From Lama guanicoe (lineage: Eukaryota), in assembly GCA_013239625.1 (NCBI GenBank), contig MU053561.1, positions 5,191,214 through 5,255,213 on the forward strand: a stretch of DNA of 64,000 bases, given 5' to 3'. Below, piece after piece: positions 12,121 through 64,000 of this stretch. The position numbers and the translations under genes were made by a program. Every line of letters begins with the position of its first letter. Within the stretch, counting starts at the first letter, position 1. The notes under the pieces were generated by a model. That model was not told where the DNA came from, did not search any database, and worked only from the letters and a program-made list of their open reading frames with translations.

Positions 12121-12962
12121 CTCTAAAGCTAAGTGAACACTTCTCCTTGAGTAACTTAAGCTCTGTTGCAGTCCTGACAGTTCCTGCCAAATGGAATTGT
12201 GGATAGGATAACCCTTCTTTCAGAATTTAGCCTGAGCATTTGTTGGTTCTTGCATAGTCCACGCTTTCTCTAGGACCTTTGGAAAATCAGAGAGCTCTGT
12301 GATTCTGCATATTATAGAGGATATTCATTTCCTTGGCCCTGTCACAAATGATTGGAAGGGACTGAAAGCAAAGCATACGGTTTCCATGGTCTGTGCATCT
12401 CATAACAGTTCTTAATCTTGTAGGTTAGCAGGCAGTCATCAGGTAGAGACTGCTTCATCTCTGAGCCCCCAAACCAGACAGCCTACCTAACATCAAGAAG
12501 AAAAGCATTGATGTATCTGCTTTTTAAGAGAGGGGTTAATGGCTTTGGCTAAAGTTTTACAAAGCTAACCACTTCCCCTCCCTTCAGCCAGCCATCAGGC
12601 TACCCTCAATGCACAGAAATAAAATGTAGGGTTGCTGATATATTTTGACTTTTTCAAGTTATACTATTTTCTCTATTCTTAGATAAATCACAATAGGTTA
12701 GTAATTCAGAAATGAGATTTCATGTTCTCTTTAATAGAAATTAGGTTGTTTGTTTGTTTTTTTTTTGCTACCAATTTAAGACACTTGATGCATTCCTTTG
12801 TCCCTTTCATTACTGTAAACTCAATATGGTGAGTTTTGTGGTTTTTGACCTCTTAGGCAAAATCATTATTTTCGCTTTGACTAATGCTGTTCTGTTCATG
12901 AATTGAAATTCTTCTGTCTCTGCATTTGAACTAATTCCCAGCAAGTGCAATCTAAATTGAAT

Positions 12963-13325
12963 GGTACAGAAACAGAGAACAGATTGGTGGTTGCCAGGGG
13001 CGTGGGGTTGAGGCGGGGTGGGGAAATAGGTTAAGGTGGTCAAAGGGTACAGACTTCCAGTTATAAGATGCAAAACTTCTGGGGAGTTAATGTACAGCGT
13101 GGTGACTATAGTTAACCATACTGTAGTGTGTATTTGAAAGTTGCTAATAGATTTTTAAAGTTCTTACCACACATACACACATTGCAGCTATGTGAGGTGG
13201 TATGTTAACTAACTTTATTATGGTAGTCATTTTGCAACATATATGCATATCAAATCATTATGTTATATTCCTTAAACTTACACAATGTTATATGTCAATT
13301 ATATCTCAACAAAACTGGAAAAAAA
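12963..13325 (+). mobile_element. L1 3' end (L1MA/MB-type)
   Basis: GGTGGTTGCCAGGGG..TACAGACTTCCAGTTATAAG..ATATCTCAACAAAACTGG-A tail; TSD TAAATTGAAT / TAAATTGAGT. Confidence 0.8.
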
Positions 13326-16300
13326 TAAATTGAGTATAAGTGGTAGAGGCCAGCAGCCTCCTCTTTTTCTTTTCTTTCCCCTCTTAGCCATACCAGCTCC
13401 CTTTTTTATGCTGTGTTGCCCACAAAACATCAGAATGTGAGTCTGGCTCCAAGTGTACTATAGTATCTTGAGACAGAGAATACGGTGCCCCTGGGGATTA
13501 CACAAGGCAATGGGTACGGAAGCTCTGGCCTGGGTGTTGTGTTTGTTGCAGGGCCACCCTATCCTAGGAGAGCTGAAGTGACTGGGCTGCAGGAAGAAGA
13601 CACTGTAGCCCAGAGATCAAGAATGCATTCAGATTGTCTGATGTTAACAACTTAGTTTCACATAGCCTAATCATGTGACATCAGATAAATAATCCAATTC
13701 CTTTGTGCCCATGTTTCCACAATAGGATTACTCTGAGGGATAAATGATACAATACACTTTGTGAAGGGTTTAGCCCAGTGCCTGGAATATTTTAAGCACT
13801 GCTTAAACAATTTGGAACCCCTGTGATTTGGAGTTCATAAAGTTCCAGCTTGGCTTTTTTTTATCTCCATTAACTCTCTCTCTCACAAAGGGAAGCCAAT
13901 CTTATTTTACCTTTCACTCCAATGTGGGTGATTCTTAGATCTGGCTTATTCCCCTTCTTTCTAGATCCATACCCACAAACTCTAATTCTTTATCTCTGTG
14001 TACCTTTCGTATGCTTATACTTCTCCAGAGTGCCATCCAACTAGCCCCAAACCTGTCATGTCTCCCTCTTTCCAGGCCTACTCCCCCAGTTAGTCTTTTT
14101 ACTTATTCCTTCCTTTTTGTCCTGATTCTCCCTACAAGAGTTTATTACCACCTGCTTGGACCAGTGGGAAAGCCTCCAAGTTATGCATTCAGCTGACTGT
14201 CCTGTTGCAAGCTTGCCCCATTCCAGTCTGTCCTGTTTTTGCCAGCAAATTGGCCAAACCTGTGAGTTCTTTGTCCCTTGTTTTGATTCATTTTTAGATA
14301 TGGTATAATTCATTTTGAAATATTACATTCCACTGAAGGAGATTTTGATACTTTCAAAAAATTCATCAGAAGGGAGCATTTATTTATTTTTTTGAATCAT
14401 TTTCCCAAAGCATTGCTTTGATTGCCATTCTCTTAAACTCTTTCAACAGAACTTTGGAAGGTAATTGGATATATTCGTTATCTTGATTGTGGTGATAGTT
14501 TCATGAGTATATACATCTGCCAAAACTTATCAAAGTGTACACTTTGAAATGTGTAGTTTATTGTATGACAATACTACCTCAATAAAGTTGGTTTTTTAAA
14601 AAAACAGCGGTTTTCCATTTCCCATCAAATAAAGCCTGACTTTTCCAGCTGGTATGCAAAGTCTCCCAGGGTCTGACCCCAGCCCCTCTCCTTAGCGTTA
14701 TGGATCAAGACTCTCTCCACATAACCAAAAGTTCGGTCAAACTGAGCTACGCAGTATGCTACTCTCCTCCTACTGTTCTGTGTTTCATGTTGCTTTCTCT
14801 CAGGCTCTACAGACATCTTCAAGACTAACTCAAATGTTGCATCCACCATGAAGGCTATCCAGGTAATCCAAATAAGAAGTGATCTTTGACTTCTCATAAT
14901 TTTTTTTCCTGACCCTGACTGTCTTCTCATAATTTTGTTTGCATCACATTTATGGTCTTATCACAAATGGTCTTAGGTTAGAGTTGTTTGTGTACTTACC
15001 TTCCCTACTGAAATACAGGATCACTGAAGGAGGACAATTTGTTGTTCACGTCTGTAGCTCCTGTCTTCCCCACTCTCTTGTATGCATACAGATCTCCTAA
15101 ATATTCATTAAGTGAATAAATGAATGAAAACTGAATGAATAATCAAATGAAAGATGAGACTTTAGATTTGATCATATTTTGAACAAGATGCCAAGCCTCA
15201 CTAAGATTTCCAACTCTCTATTTTAAAAAAAGCTGGTAAATTGCTTTGGTTGCAAGTTATCAGTTGACCTTTGCCTCTTGAGGATTGTTTCTGAAACCAA
15301 GGCAGAGTATGAGTCCCTGTGTGCTATGTGGGAAGCTGACTGTGAAGCTCACAAGGTCTGAATTGAAGAGCATGATGAGGTCTCAGAAAGCTATAGTGAC
15401 AAGAAGCTTATTGGAAGATGGGTCGGGGACTTTCCTGCTGTGGATGATGTGAAAACATGACCAAAGCAAATAAGTTTTGTTAGAGGTGTTTTATAAGCCT
15501 CTGCGTCTATTTCTAAAAGGAGAAACAGTCTATTCTAGAGATAAAGGAGGTCATTTTTTTCCTGGCCATTGCAGCTCTTTGCAGATGGACTCTGTGTCTC
15601 AGTAAGAGCATCATTCCTTTTACAACAATAGCCCCGTTGATTGGGAAGCAGCCTTCAGGGATGTACACTTTGCCAGGTTCCTAGAACTCCCCGTAGGGAA
15701 TGCCCATCTGCTCCTGCCATAGCGAAGGTGCCCAGCCAGAGACAAGCAGAGACCGCGCCAGGCAAGAGATCTGGAGTAACTGATGCAGTGAGGAACCAAG
15801 TCAGAGTGGATCTCTCACCAAAACCTAACCACTTTATCACAGTAGAGCTATTTTAGGTGTTGCTCAAAACCATGTGAAGCACTGTGGGTCACACAAGTGT
15901 AGAGAAGTTGCTATCCTGGCCTTTGATAAGCTTCAAACTGCAGGGGGCATTTTATATGCTTTCTTTTGAATAAGTCTCTTTTAAAAATAAACTTCTGGGA
16001 GACAAGGAACCAGTGATGAAACTAAGAAAATTTGTATAGCTGAATATAAAGCTTCATACTGAAAAGATTCAGACTAAAAGAAGGTCATGGTGAGACGGGG
16101 TTAAGGGCAGGATTTTTGAAGAAAAGAGTACCTAGGCTTTCTGGCTTTATTTTCATCTTGGTGAAAACTGGAGGAAATGATGGGAAGTAGCAAAAGAAGT
16201 GGCAGTAGAAGAGCAAGGTGTATGGGTGATGTGTTGGGTAGGTTGGGTGCGGACACTTGATGAGGAGGGGCTTCGTGGAATCTAGACTTATTCCCACTGA

Positions 16301-19300
16301 CTATCAGTAAGTACTTTTGGGTTTTTTTTTTTGCATTGAAGAGGAGTCTTAAGAACTTTTATCCAATCTTAGTTACCAGGAGATACTAGAATGGAAGATA
16401 CATAGGCAGGAAGACAACTAAGAGCTTGTTGCTGCAGGAATCCAGTTATGAAAATGGGAGTGGGGGGTTAACATGGAAATGGAGAAGAGATTGAATCTGA
16501 AAGACATTGAGAGAAAGGACCAAGAGGTCTTGGTCACCAGGAGGATGCTTACAAAGGACTGAGTGTTTCATAGATGATACACAAAGCCCATATCAAATCA
16601 ATGACCCTGGGACGTAGAGGAAGGCAGGAGCAGTGAAAGTAAAGCAAAGGTTGGTGAGTGGCTTTCTGAGGGTAAAACATGCCTCCTGTTAGAGAAAGGA
16701 TGTTCTAAGCTGAGTGTGTTTCCTCTTGACTAGTTGATCTTGTCTTAATAATCCCCCCTGACATTCTCTTTGGTTCAAGTTTTTTTGTCATCCAGCTCCC
16801 AAACTCCATGACACTGATGTTTCCCCACAAACTGGCACACTCCCCTCTTGTTGGAACAGGTGACAGTGTGATTGACGCTCCTGTCTTATCATCTTCCTCT
16901 GAACAAACACCAGAGCCGTAAGAGGCAGCAGTGAGATGTTCCCTCCCCACTCCTCTTCAGGTACCACAGTTTTACTTTCCATCATAACTCACCCTTGATG
17001 GCTCTGATAAAGTGTTTATGAGTCTTTCAGTGCATGGAATTGTTGTGTTCACTTAGGGTGTATGCCAGACTGGTTGAAATGTTTCATTGTTAATTCGTCA
17101 GTTCTTTTAGGTATTTGCTCATTTTTGCTGCAGGACTTGTTTCCCTTCCACAGCTCTTGATCTTCCCACAAGATACAAATGAGTCAACAGAATCTTCTAC
17201 AAAAAGAATTCTGCTCCTACTGTCGTCCAGTACCTGCAGAAAGAAGTGTGAAAAAGTAAGTAGTAGCTTAGATTTATTAAAAATAAAAATAAATGTTTTG
17301 TTTTCTCCTGAAGTTTGCTTTTTTTCTCGCTTGAGTGGTCTGCTCAGGAAATGGCCTTTCAGCTAGGTGGGTTTTTGAGGTTTGGCTATTTCACGATGTT
17401 TGTATGTCTTTTGGTTTTAGAGTGGAACAGAATCCTGAGCATTGCTGCTTGCTTTTAAAGAAGATCTGCAGTTCTACTAAGACACTATTTTCAGATCCTT
17501 GTATGTTGGCTCTAAGCAAGCTTTTCTTTCTTATGTCATATCTGTTTCCTTGTTATCCCTCCCTAAGAAGAAAATAAAGTTAGAGAGAGATTGTTCTGAA
17601 ATGTGAGGTTGAGGAAAATAGATTTAAATTTCATTTTCTTAGGGGTCTTTTTGTTTATTCATTAGTAAAATTCTGATTTTACTGGAAGTGAAGACACTCT
17701 AAGGTGACAGAGAGATGATGAAACTATATGTCTCTTATTGTCCAACTACAGAAAATCATTTTCCTTTTAGGGTTATGCTTTGCTACTTTGAAAATAAGCA
17801 AATTCGTTTGGAATATTTTAATTTTTATCAGTAATTAGGTCTATATCTTTAGTTCTGAGATGCTTTATTAACTGGTTAATGGTACTTTTCACCATATTCT
17901 GGCTTGTTCACTATTCTCTACCCAGCCCCTAACACAATGCTTAGCATTCATTGGGAACTCGATAAATCTGTTGAACAAATGAATGGATTTCTGTGAATTT
18001 TTTCTAATAAAAAAATGGTGATAATTTTAAAAGAAGAATTTAAAAGACCCTCCGTAACCCCAGCAATTATACAGTTGATCCTTTTTTGCATCTTTTAGTC
18101 TTCATTTAACCATGTGCATACTTTTACTTGATTTTAGTTATTGTGAACTTGAAATTTTGTCTATTTAAAAAATTTCCCATAGTTTATAATTTTTTTAAAA
18201 AGTTGAATTAAACATTGCATTCTTTAGAGCAGCAAGAAATTCTCCTTTAATGTTAGGGATAATTTGAGAAATACTTTCCCGCTCTCAAATTCTGTTGAAG
18301 AATTGTGGTTCGTGTTAATTTATGGTGTAGATTGGGACTGAAATTCCTCATTGACCTCTCATTGCCTATAAGCAAGATACCTCAGTGAGCTCTCTTTCCC
18401 TGTTGTAAGGCTCAATAAACTAGGTGCAACTGTATAGTGTGCAGAATCATTTCCTAAAGGAAGTTTGAATAATGTTGCAAAACAGAAAGGATTGCTAATA
18501 TCAAATAGAGGAAGTTTGAAAGGCACATTTCCAAGTTTTCTTCCTGATCATTTCGGACTAATTTTGTTAACATATTATTTATTGAACCTCTGTCCTCAAA
18601 CAGAAATGTTATGCTGATTTTTGGTTTGTTCTCACACCAGATGAGACACTCTTGGGTAGGTCTGCACGCACTGAGGAGAGAATTCATGCAAGCGGAGATG
18701 TGGAAGCTTTTTCTAGAAGAGCCTGTCTGTCGAGGCCCAAATGCCACATGCACAGCATGGCCTCCTGAAACAATGGCCTTTTCCAAGGCATTAGTGGCAG
18801 AGTAGAAACATCTTCTCTAAGAATAGTTCTTCAGTTGTACTGTTGCCTGCAAGTTGGTTGATTTTACTTGTTTTCCGTTCCTTCGTATTATACTAGCTTT
18901 ACATACAGGTGATTTTGTGCCAACTTTCCTGTCAGGTGCTCTTCGTGGGGCCACTGCACTCCTGGGTCCTATATAGACCAATACTGAGAAGTCTTCATAT
19001 CCAGAACCCAAATGAAACTCAAAAATTACTGGCTGGTGGGGGTGGGGTCCTGAAATCAACACTTCCCCTAACGGAGGTGAGCACTTCCCCAGCCCTGGGA
19101 GAGACAAAGACTGTCAGAAGCAGCTGACTTTGTTTCATCCAAAAGAGAATTTGAGACGTCTATAGCCGAATTAAAAGTTCTGAGTGAAAATGCCTTCTCT
19201 GATGAGCAGAAGTTTGCCACTGATCCCAGTGACATGAAACTTTTTAGACAATGTCAACTCCAAACAGTGTCTATCTCCTCTCCTGGGCCTAAATGAACTT

Positions 19301-19539
19301 TACAGAGTTCATTTGGGACATGAGGAAACAGAAGGTGTCAACAGGGCCTTTGTGCCCACTGGGGAAATGGGAAAAGGCAGAACCCAACTGTGAGACCTGT
19401 AATTCTGCCTTTTCTCTAGGGAGCAAGAAAAATGGTGAATTTCACTTCAGAGCGGTGGAGTGGAAGAGGCTCAGAGCTAAGCACATCACATGTTGTTCTG
19501 GCAAGCCTCTTGTTTGTTAAAAACTAGAATTGTAACCAG

Positions 19540-19781
19540 GTTCCTTTCTTGAGGAGGAAGGCACTAGGGCCCAGGAGTGAGGTGATGGCTTTGTTGTGTG
19601 ACCACAGAGGATGGTTACGTACTAATTTCCTCTGGGGCTTGTGATGAAGTCAGTAAACCACAGCCTTCAACATGCTCTGCTCAGGCAGCAGCAGTGTCTC
19701 CTCAGTGCTGTCTCTGCCATGACACACATTTGACATGCCCTCCCTTAACCCACTCAGAGACTGTCTCTCTTGCCTTGCAGC
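19540..19781 (+). promoter_or_regulatory. PTPN22: PTPN22 proximal promoter / 5' UTR
   Basis: Directly upstream of the ATG; ETS/PU.1-like GAGGAAG (about 19554) and RUNX AACCACA (about 19655); no CpG island. Confidence 0.6.
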
Positions 19782-61428
<41,647 letters not shown>

Positions 61429-62502
61429 CACAACTTTGGAATACAGGCTGCACGTGCACCTGCAAATAAAACTACTGGAATACTGCTAGCTAAAATAAGT
61501 ACTCTATATTCATAATATCAACAATCAAGATATGGTAATGCATTAATAGTTTTTAAAAGAAAAGCAATACGCAAATAAATGCCAGAAGTTTTATACTTTT
61601 GTCTCATTTACATTGCGTTGGAAATCACAAATAAGAATTTGTCATTTGAGCTTACGTATAGAGAATGCTGTATGAGAGAGTTTTAGAATGGACTTATTTT
61701 TCATTTTTGGAAGCTATTTTTATTCTATTTTACTATTCTACGTAAATATGTAAGACTTTGAAAGAGTTGTAAGATTGGATCTCAATTAAATGTGCATATT
61801 GCCAGAAGTTACTATAAAACGTGTTTTTAAAAATCTTACTTTGTGTTTGCAGTACAAAATGACTGCTTGTAACAATGACTATTCCCTGGGAGTTATGTTT
61901 GCCTAAATGGAGTACATCTTGCACATCTTTCCAAATGTTGTGGGAAATAAGAATAGTAAGAAAAGAAGTCATATTTAATAAGAGAATAAAATATATATGA
62001 ACGTAATAGTCTTTAAAGACAGTAATCATTCTTTTATTTGGATATATCAATTAACAAGATGTTCAGTTACATTCCTGATAAGCTTTAGCCAGCTATTCAA
62101 TTACCAAATTTGGAAGAATAATCAATAAAGTAGTTGTCTTTTGGTAGCATTTTTTTTTCATTTCAAAGTTCCTATATAAAAAACTGTATAGTTTATATCC
62201 AACTAACCAGAGGTACTACTAGTTAAATTTTTTTCTATATAAATATGGATCTACTTTATCTTAAGAAAGTTGACCTTGCAAATCTAATTTTATGTAACAA
62301 GTTAGTGGGTAATTATTATTACACAGCATTTCCCTGAGTTCTCATAATGATTTAACTTTAAAAAGTCTGTAACTTCCTAAAAATGGAATACTTAAATACC
62401 ATGTGTTCTTTAGTATTCTTCATTAGGAAGCCCAAGGAAGGCACATATTGGATGAAATATTTTTACCTGTTTATTGCAGTGCAATATACAGAAGAGGTGC
62501 TC

Positions 62503-62508
62503 AATAAA
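62503..62508 (+). terminator. PTPN22: Probable main PTPN22 poly(A) signal
   Basis: AATAAA followed by T/GT-rich sequence about 1.1 kb after the stop; more proximal AATAAA hexamers also exist (e.g. 61465). Confidence 0.6.
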
Positions 62509-62849
62509 CTTTTTGTTTTAAACTAACTTCACTGTAGTGTTCATTGTGCCGGATACTTCTCCAGGCACTAGTGCTACCAAACCACAGTGATTTCCCCTGA
62601 GTTCTTTACTGTAATCAATTATTTCTAAGTATCTTTATCAAGGAGATAAAATCTAAAGTGACGATCAAATTGTAAATAGATTTCCGGGCGGAAACCCTGG
62701 TTAGCAGGGACGATTTCTGGAGCGTTCTTTGATAGACATACTTCTCAAATTTATGCAACCTTATACGTGCGATTTGAAAACATTAAGAAATTTCGAAACA
62801 GTTTTCCATCTAGAATGGAGCGGTAACTGTAGGGATGTATTCAAAATAA

Positions 62850-64000
62850 TCAATGTTTGCTGCCGTCCCAGGCGCTGGAGGGAATGTGGCCCGACAGCGG
62901 GGTGAGGTGGGGCCGCGCGAGGTGGGGCGGCGCCCACCAGGCTCCCAGGCAGGCAGTTCTTGCACCTGCCTTGTCGCGCCTGTAGTTGTAACCATAGCAA
63001 TCAGTGCCCAGGTACAGGTTCAAAACTGATTTGCAGCTGCATTCGCTTTTAAAGCAAAATCGCCCTCATCTGATAATATTAAGTTCCCCTTTCCTCTTCA
63101 TCAAACCGCTTATCCAAGGGTAAAAGGCCGGAGATTCTTTTACCTCACAAAGGTTACCAGAGGAAGAGGAAATTTATAAGTAACTATGGAGACCACCTCC
63201 TCCGTGTAAAATGAAGAAAGGGGCACACGGAGACAATAATGGGAACGCGCAGACGGACTATGAAAAGCCTTTAACATTGTTTCGGCCGTTAAGTCGGTTG
63301 GCGGCAACTCTCCGCCCAGCGGCGGTTGCGTCGCGATCCGGAGCGTGACTCGGCGCACGCTCTCTTTCGGCTCCTCCACTCGCCGAGCCGCGACGCTGAA
63401 TGGGTGCGGGGGAACTACCGCTCCCGTGAGGCTCTGCGCGGCCCAGGGTGCTTTACAATAGAGCTCGGTTGGAGGGGCCTGCGAAGAAGGGCTGGGAAGT
63501 TCCGCTTCCGGCATGTTCAGCTCTGGACGAAGAACGGCCGAGAAGTGGAGGGTTGGGGAGAGACTCCAATGCCCAGCGGGCCGTGCGCCGGTGGCGCTTG
63601 CGCGATACGCGGACGGGGGGGCGGTCGGGCCATTTAAATGTGTGTTTGTGGGTGAAATGGCTGCGCAGGTCGGAGCGGTGCGCGTAGTACGGGCGGTGGC
63701 GGCGCAGGAGGAGCCGGACAAAGAGGGGAAGGAGAAACCCCATGCTGGGGTCTCGCCGCGGGGAGTGAAGCGGCAGCGCCGAGCGAGCAGTGGGGGGTCT
63801 CAGGAGAAGCGGGGGCGGCCGAGCCAGGACCCTCCTCTCGCTCCCCCTCACCGGCGGCGTCGCAGCCGCCAACATCCCGGGCCGCTGCCGCCAACGAATG
63901 CAGCCCCAACCGTCCCAGGCCCTGTTGAGCCTCTGCTCCTGCCGCCTCCGCCGCCACCTTCGCTGGCACCCGCCGGGCCCACTGTCGCTGCCCCGCTCCC
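62850..64000. promoter_or_regulatory. RSBN1: CpG island / RSBN1 promoter with ZNF143-THAP11-type ACTACnnnTCCC motif (63413-63433) and ETS CTTCCGG motif
   Basis: Abrupt GC and CpG enrichment; motif matches. Confidence 0.85.
63513..64000 (+). CDS. RSBN1: RSBN1 (round spermatid basic protein 1) exon 1, runs off the window
   Basis: Open frame MFSSGRRTAEKW..GPFKCVFVGEMAAQVGAVRVVRAVAAQEEPDKEGKEKPHAGVSPRGVKRQRR..; absent from the ORF track because there is no stop. Confidence 0.93.
   Translation, partial: MFSSGRRTAEKWRVGERLQCPAGRAPVALARYADGGAVGPFKCVFVGEMAAQVGAVRVVRAVAAQEEPDKEGKEKPHAGVSPRGVKRQRRASSGGSQEKRGRPSQDPPLAPPHRRRRSRQHPGPLPPTNAAPTVPGPVEPLLLPPPPPPSLAPAGPTVAAPL

Larger units (their letters stand above)
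4297..16000 (+). pseudogene. Putative fossil NWD2-like (DUF4062-NACHT-WD40) gene, copy A
   Basis: Colinear degraded fragments: LYPRI..CR..WPEQQEK (4297-4522), NI..ASE..AI (5471-5575), KFLDE..AVP (from 6237), DFAL (10778), REFLKTI (11000), EIL....LC....SF.E (11263), GIPGNRKP P-loop (11354), LG.VT....GL (12332), ELKF (12900); by-eye alignment only. Confidence 0.5.

Noticed and set aside
63140..63969. Several 79-193 aa ORFs on both strands in the CpG island
   Set aside because: These are stop-poor GC-rich shadow frames of RSBN1 exon 1 and its promoter.

Overview
Mammalian genomic DNA, most likely camelid (nine copies of a tRNA-derived Vic-1-like SINE), syntenic to human 1p13.2. Four genes lie in tandem on the + strand: the last three exons of AP4B1, complete BCL2L15/Bfk (4 exons, 163 aa), complete PTPN22/Lyp (21 coding exons, about 799 aa as modelled), and the CpG-island promoter plus start of exon 1 of RSBN1. 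L1, L2, MIR, hAT and Tigger MITEs, MLT LTRs and microsatellites are interspersed. Two observations stand out. (1) Colinear, frameshifted and stop-riddled fragments resembling NWD2-type DUF4062-NACHT-WD40 proteins appear to form two tandem fossil genes (about 4.3-16 kb and 16.7-20.3 kb). They underlie the BCL2L15 promoter, last exon and 3' UTR, and the PTPN22 promoter and exon 1. This rests on by-eye alignment to remembered sequences and needs tblastn or HMM confirmation. (2) PTPN22 exon 15 has lost the donor used by human LYP1 and has a strong in-frame donor 21 nt upstream. All comparisons to human or mouse proteins are from memory, not database searches. Repeat boundaries are approximate.
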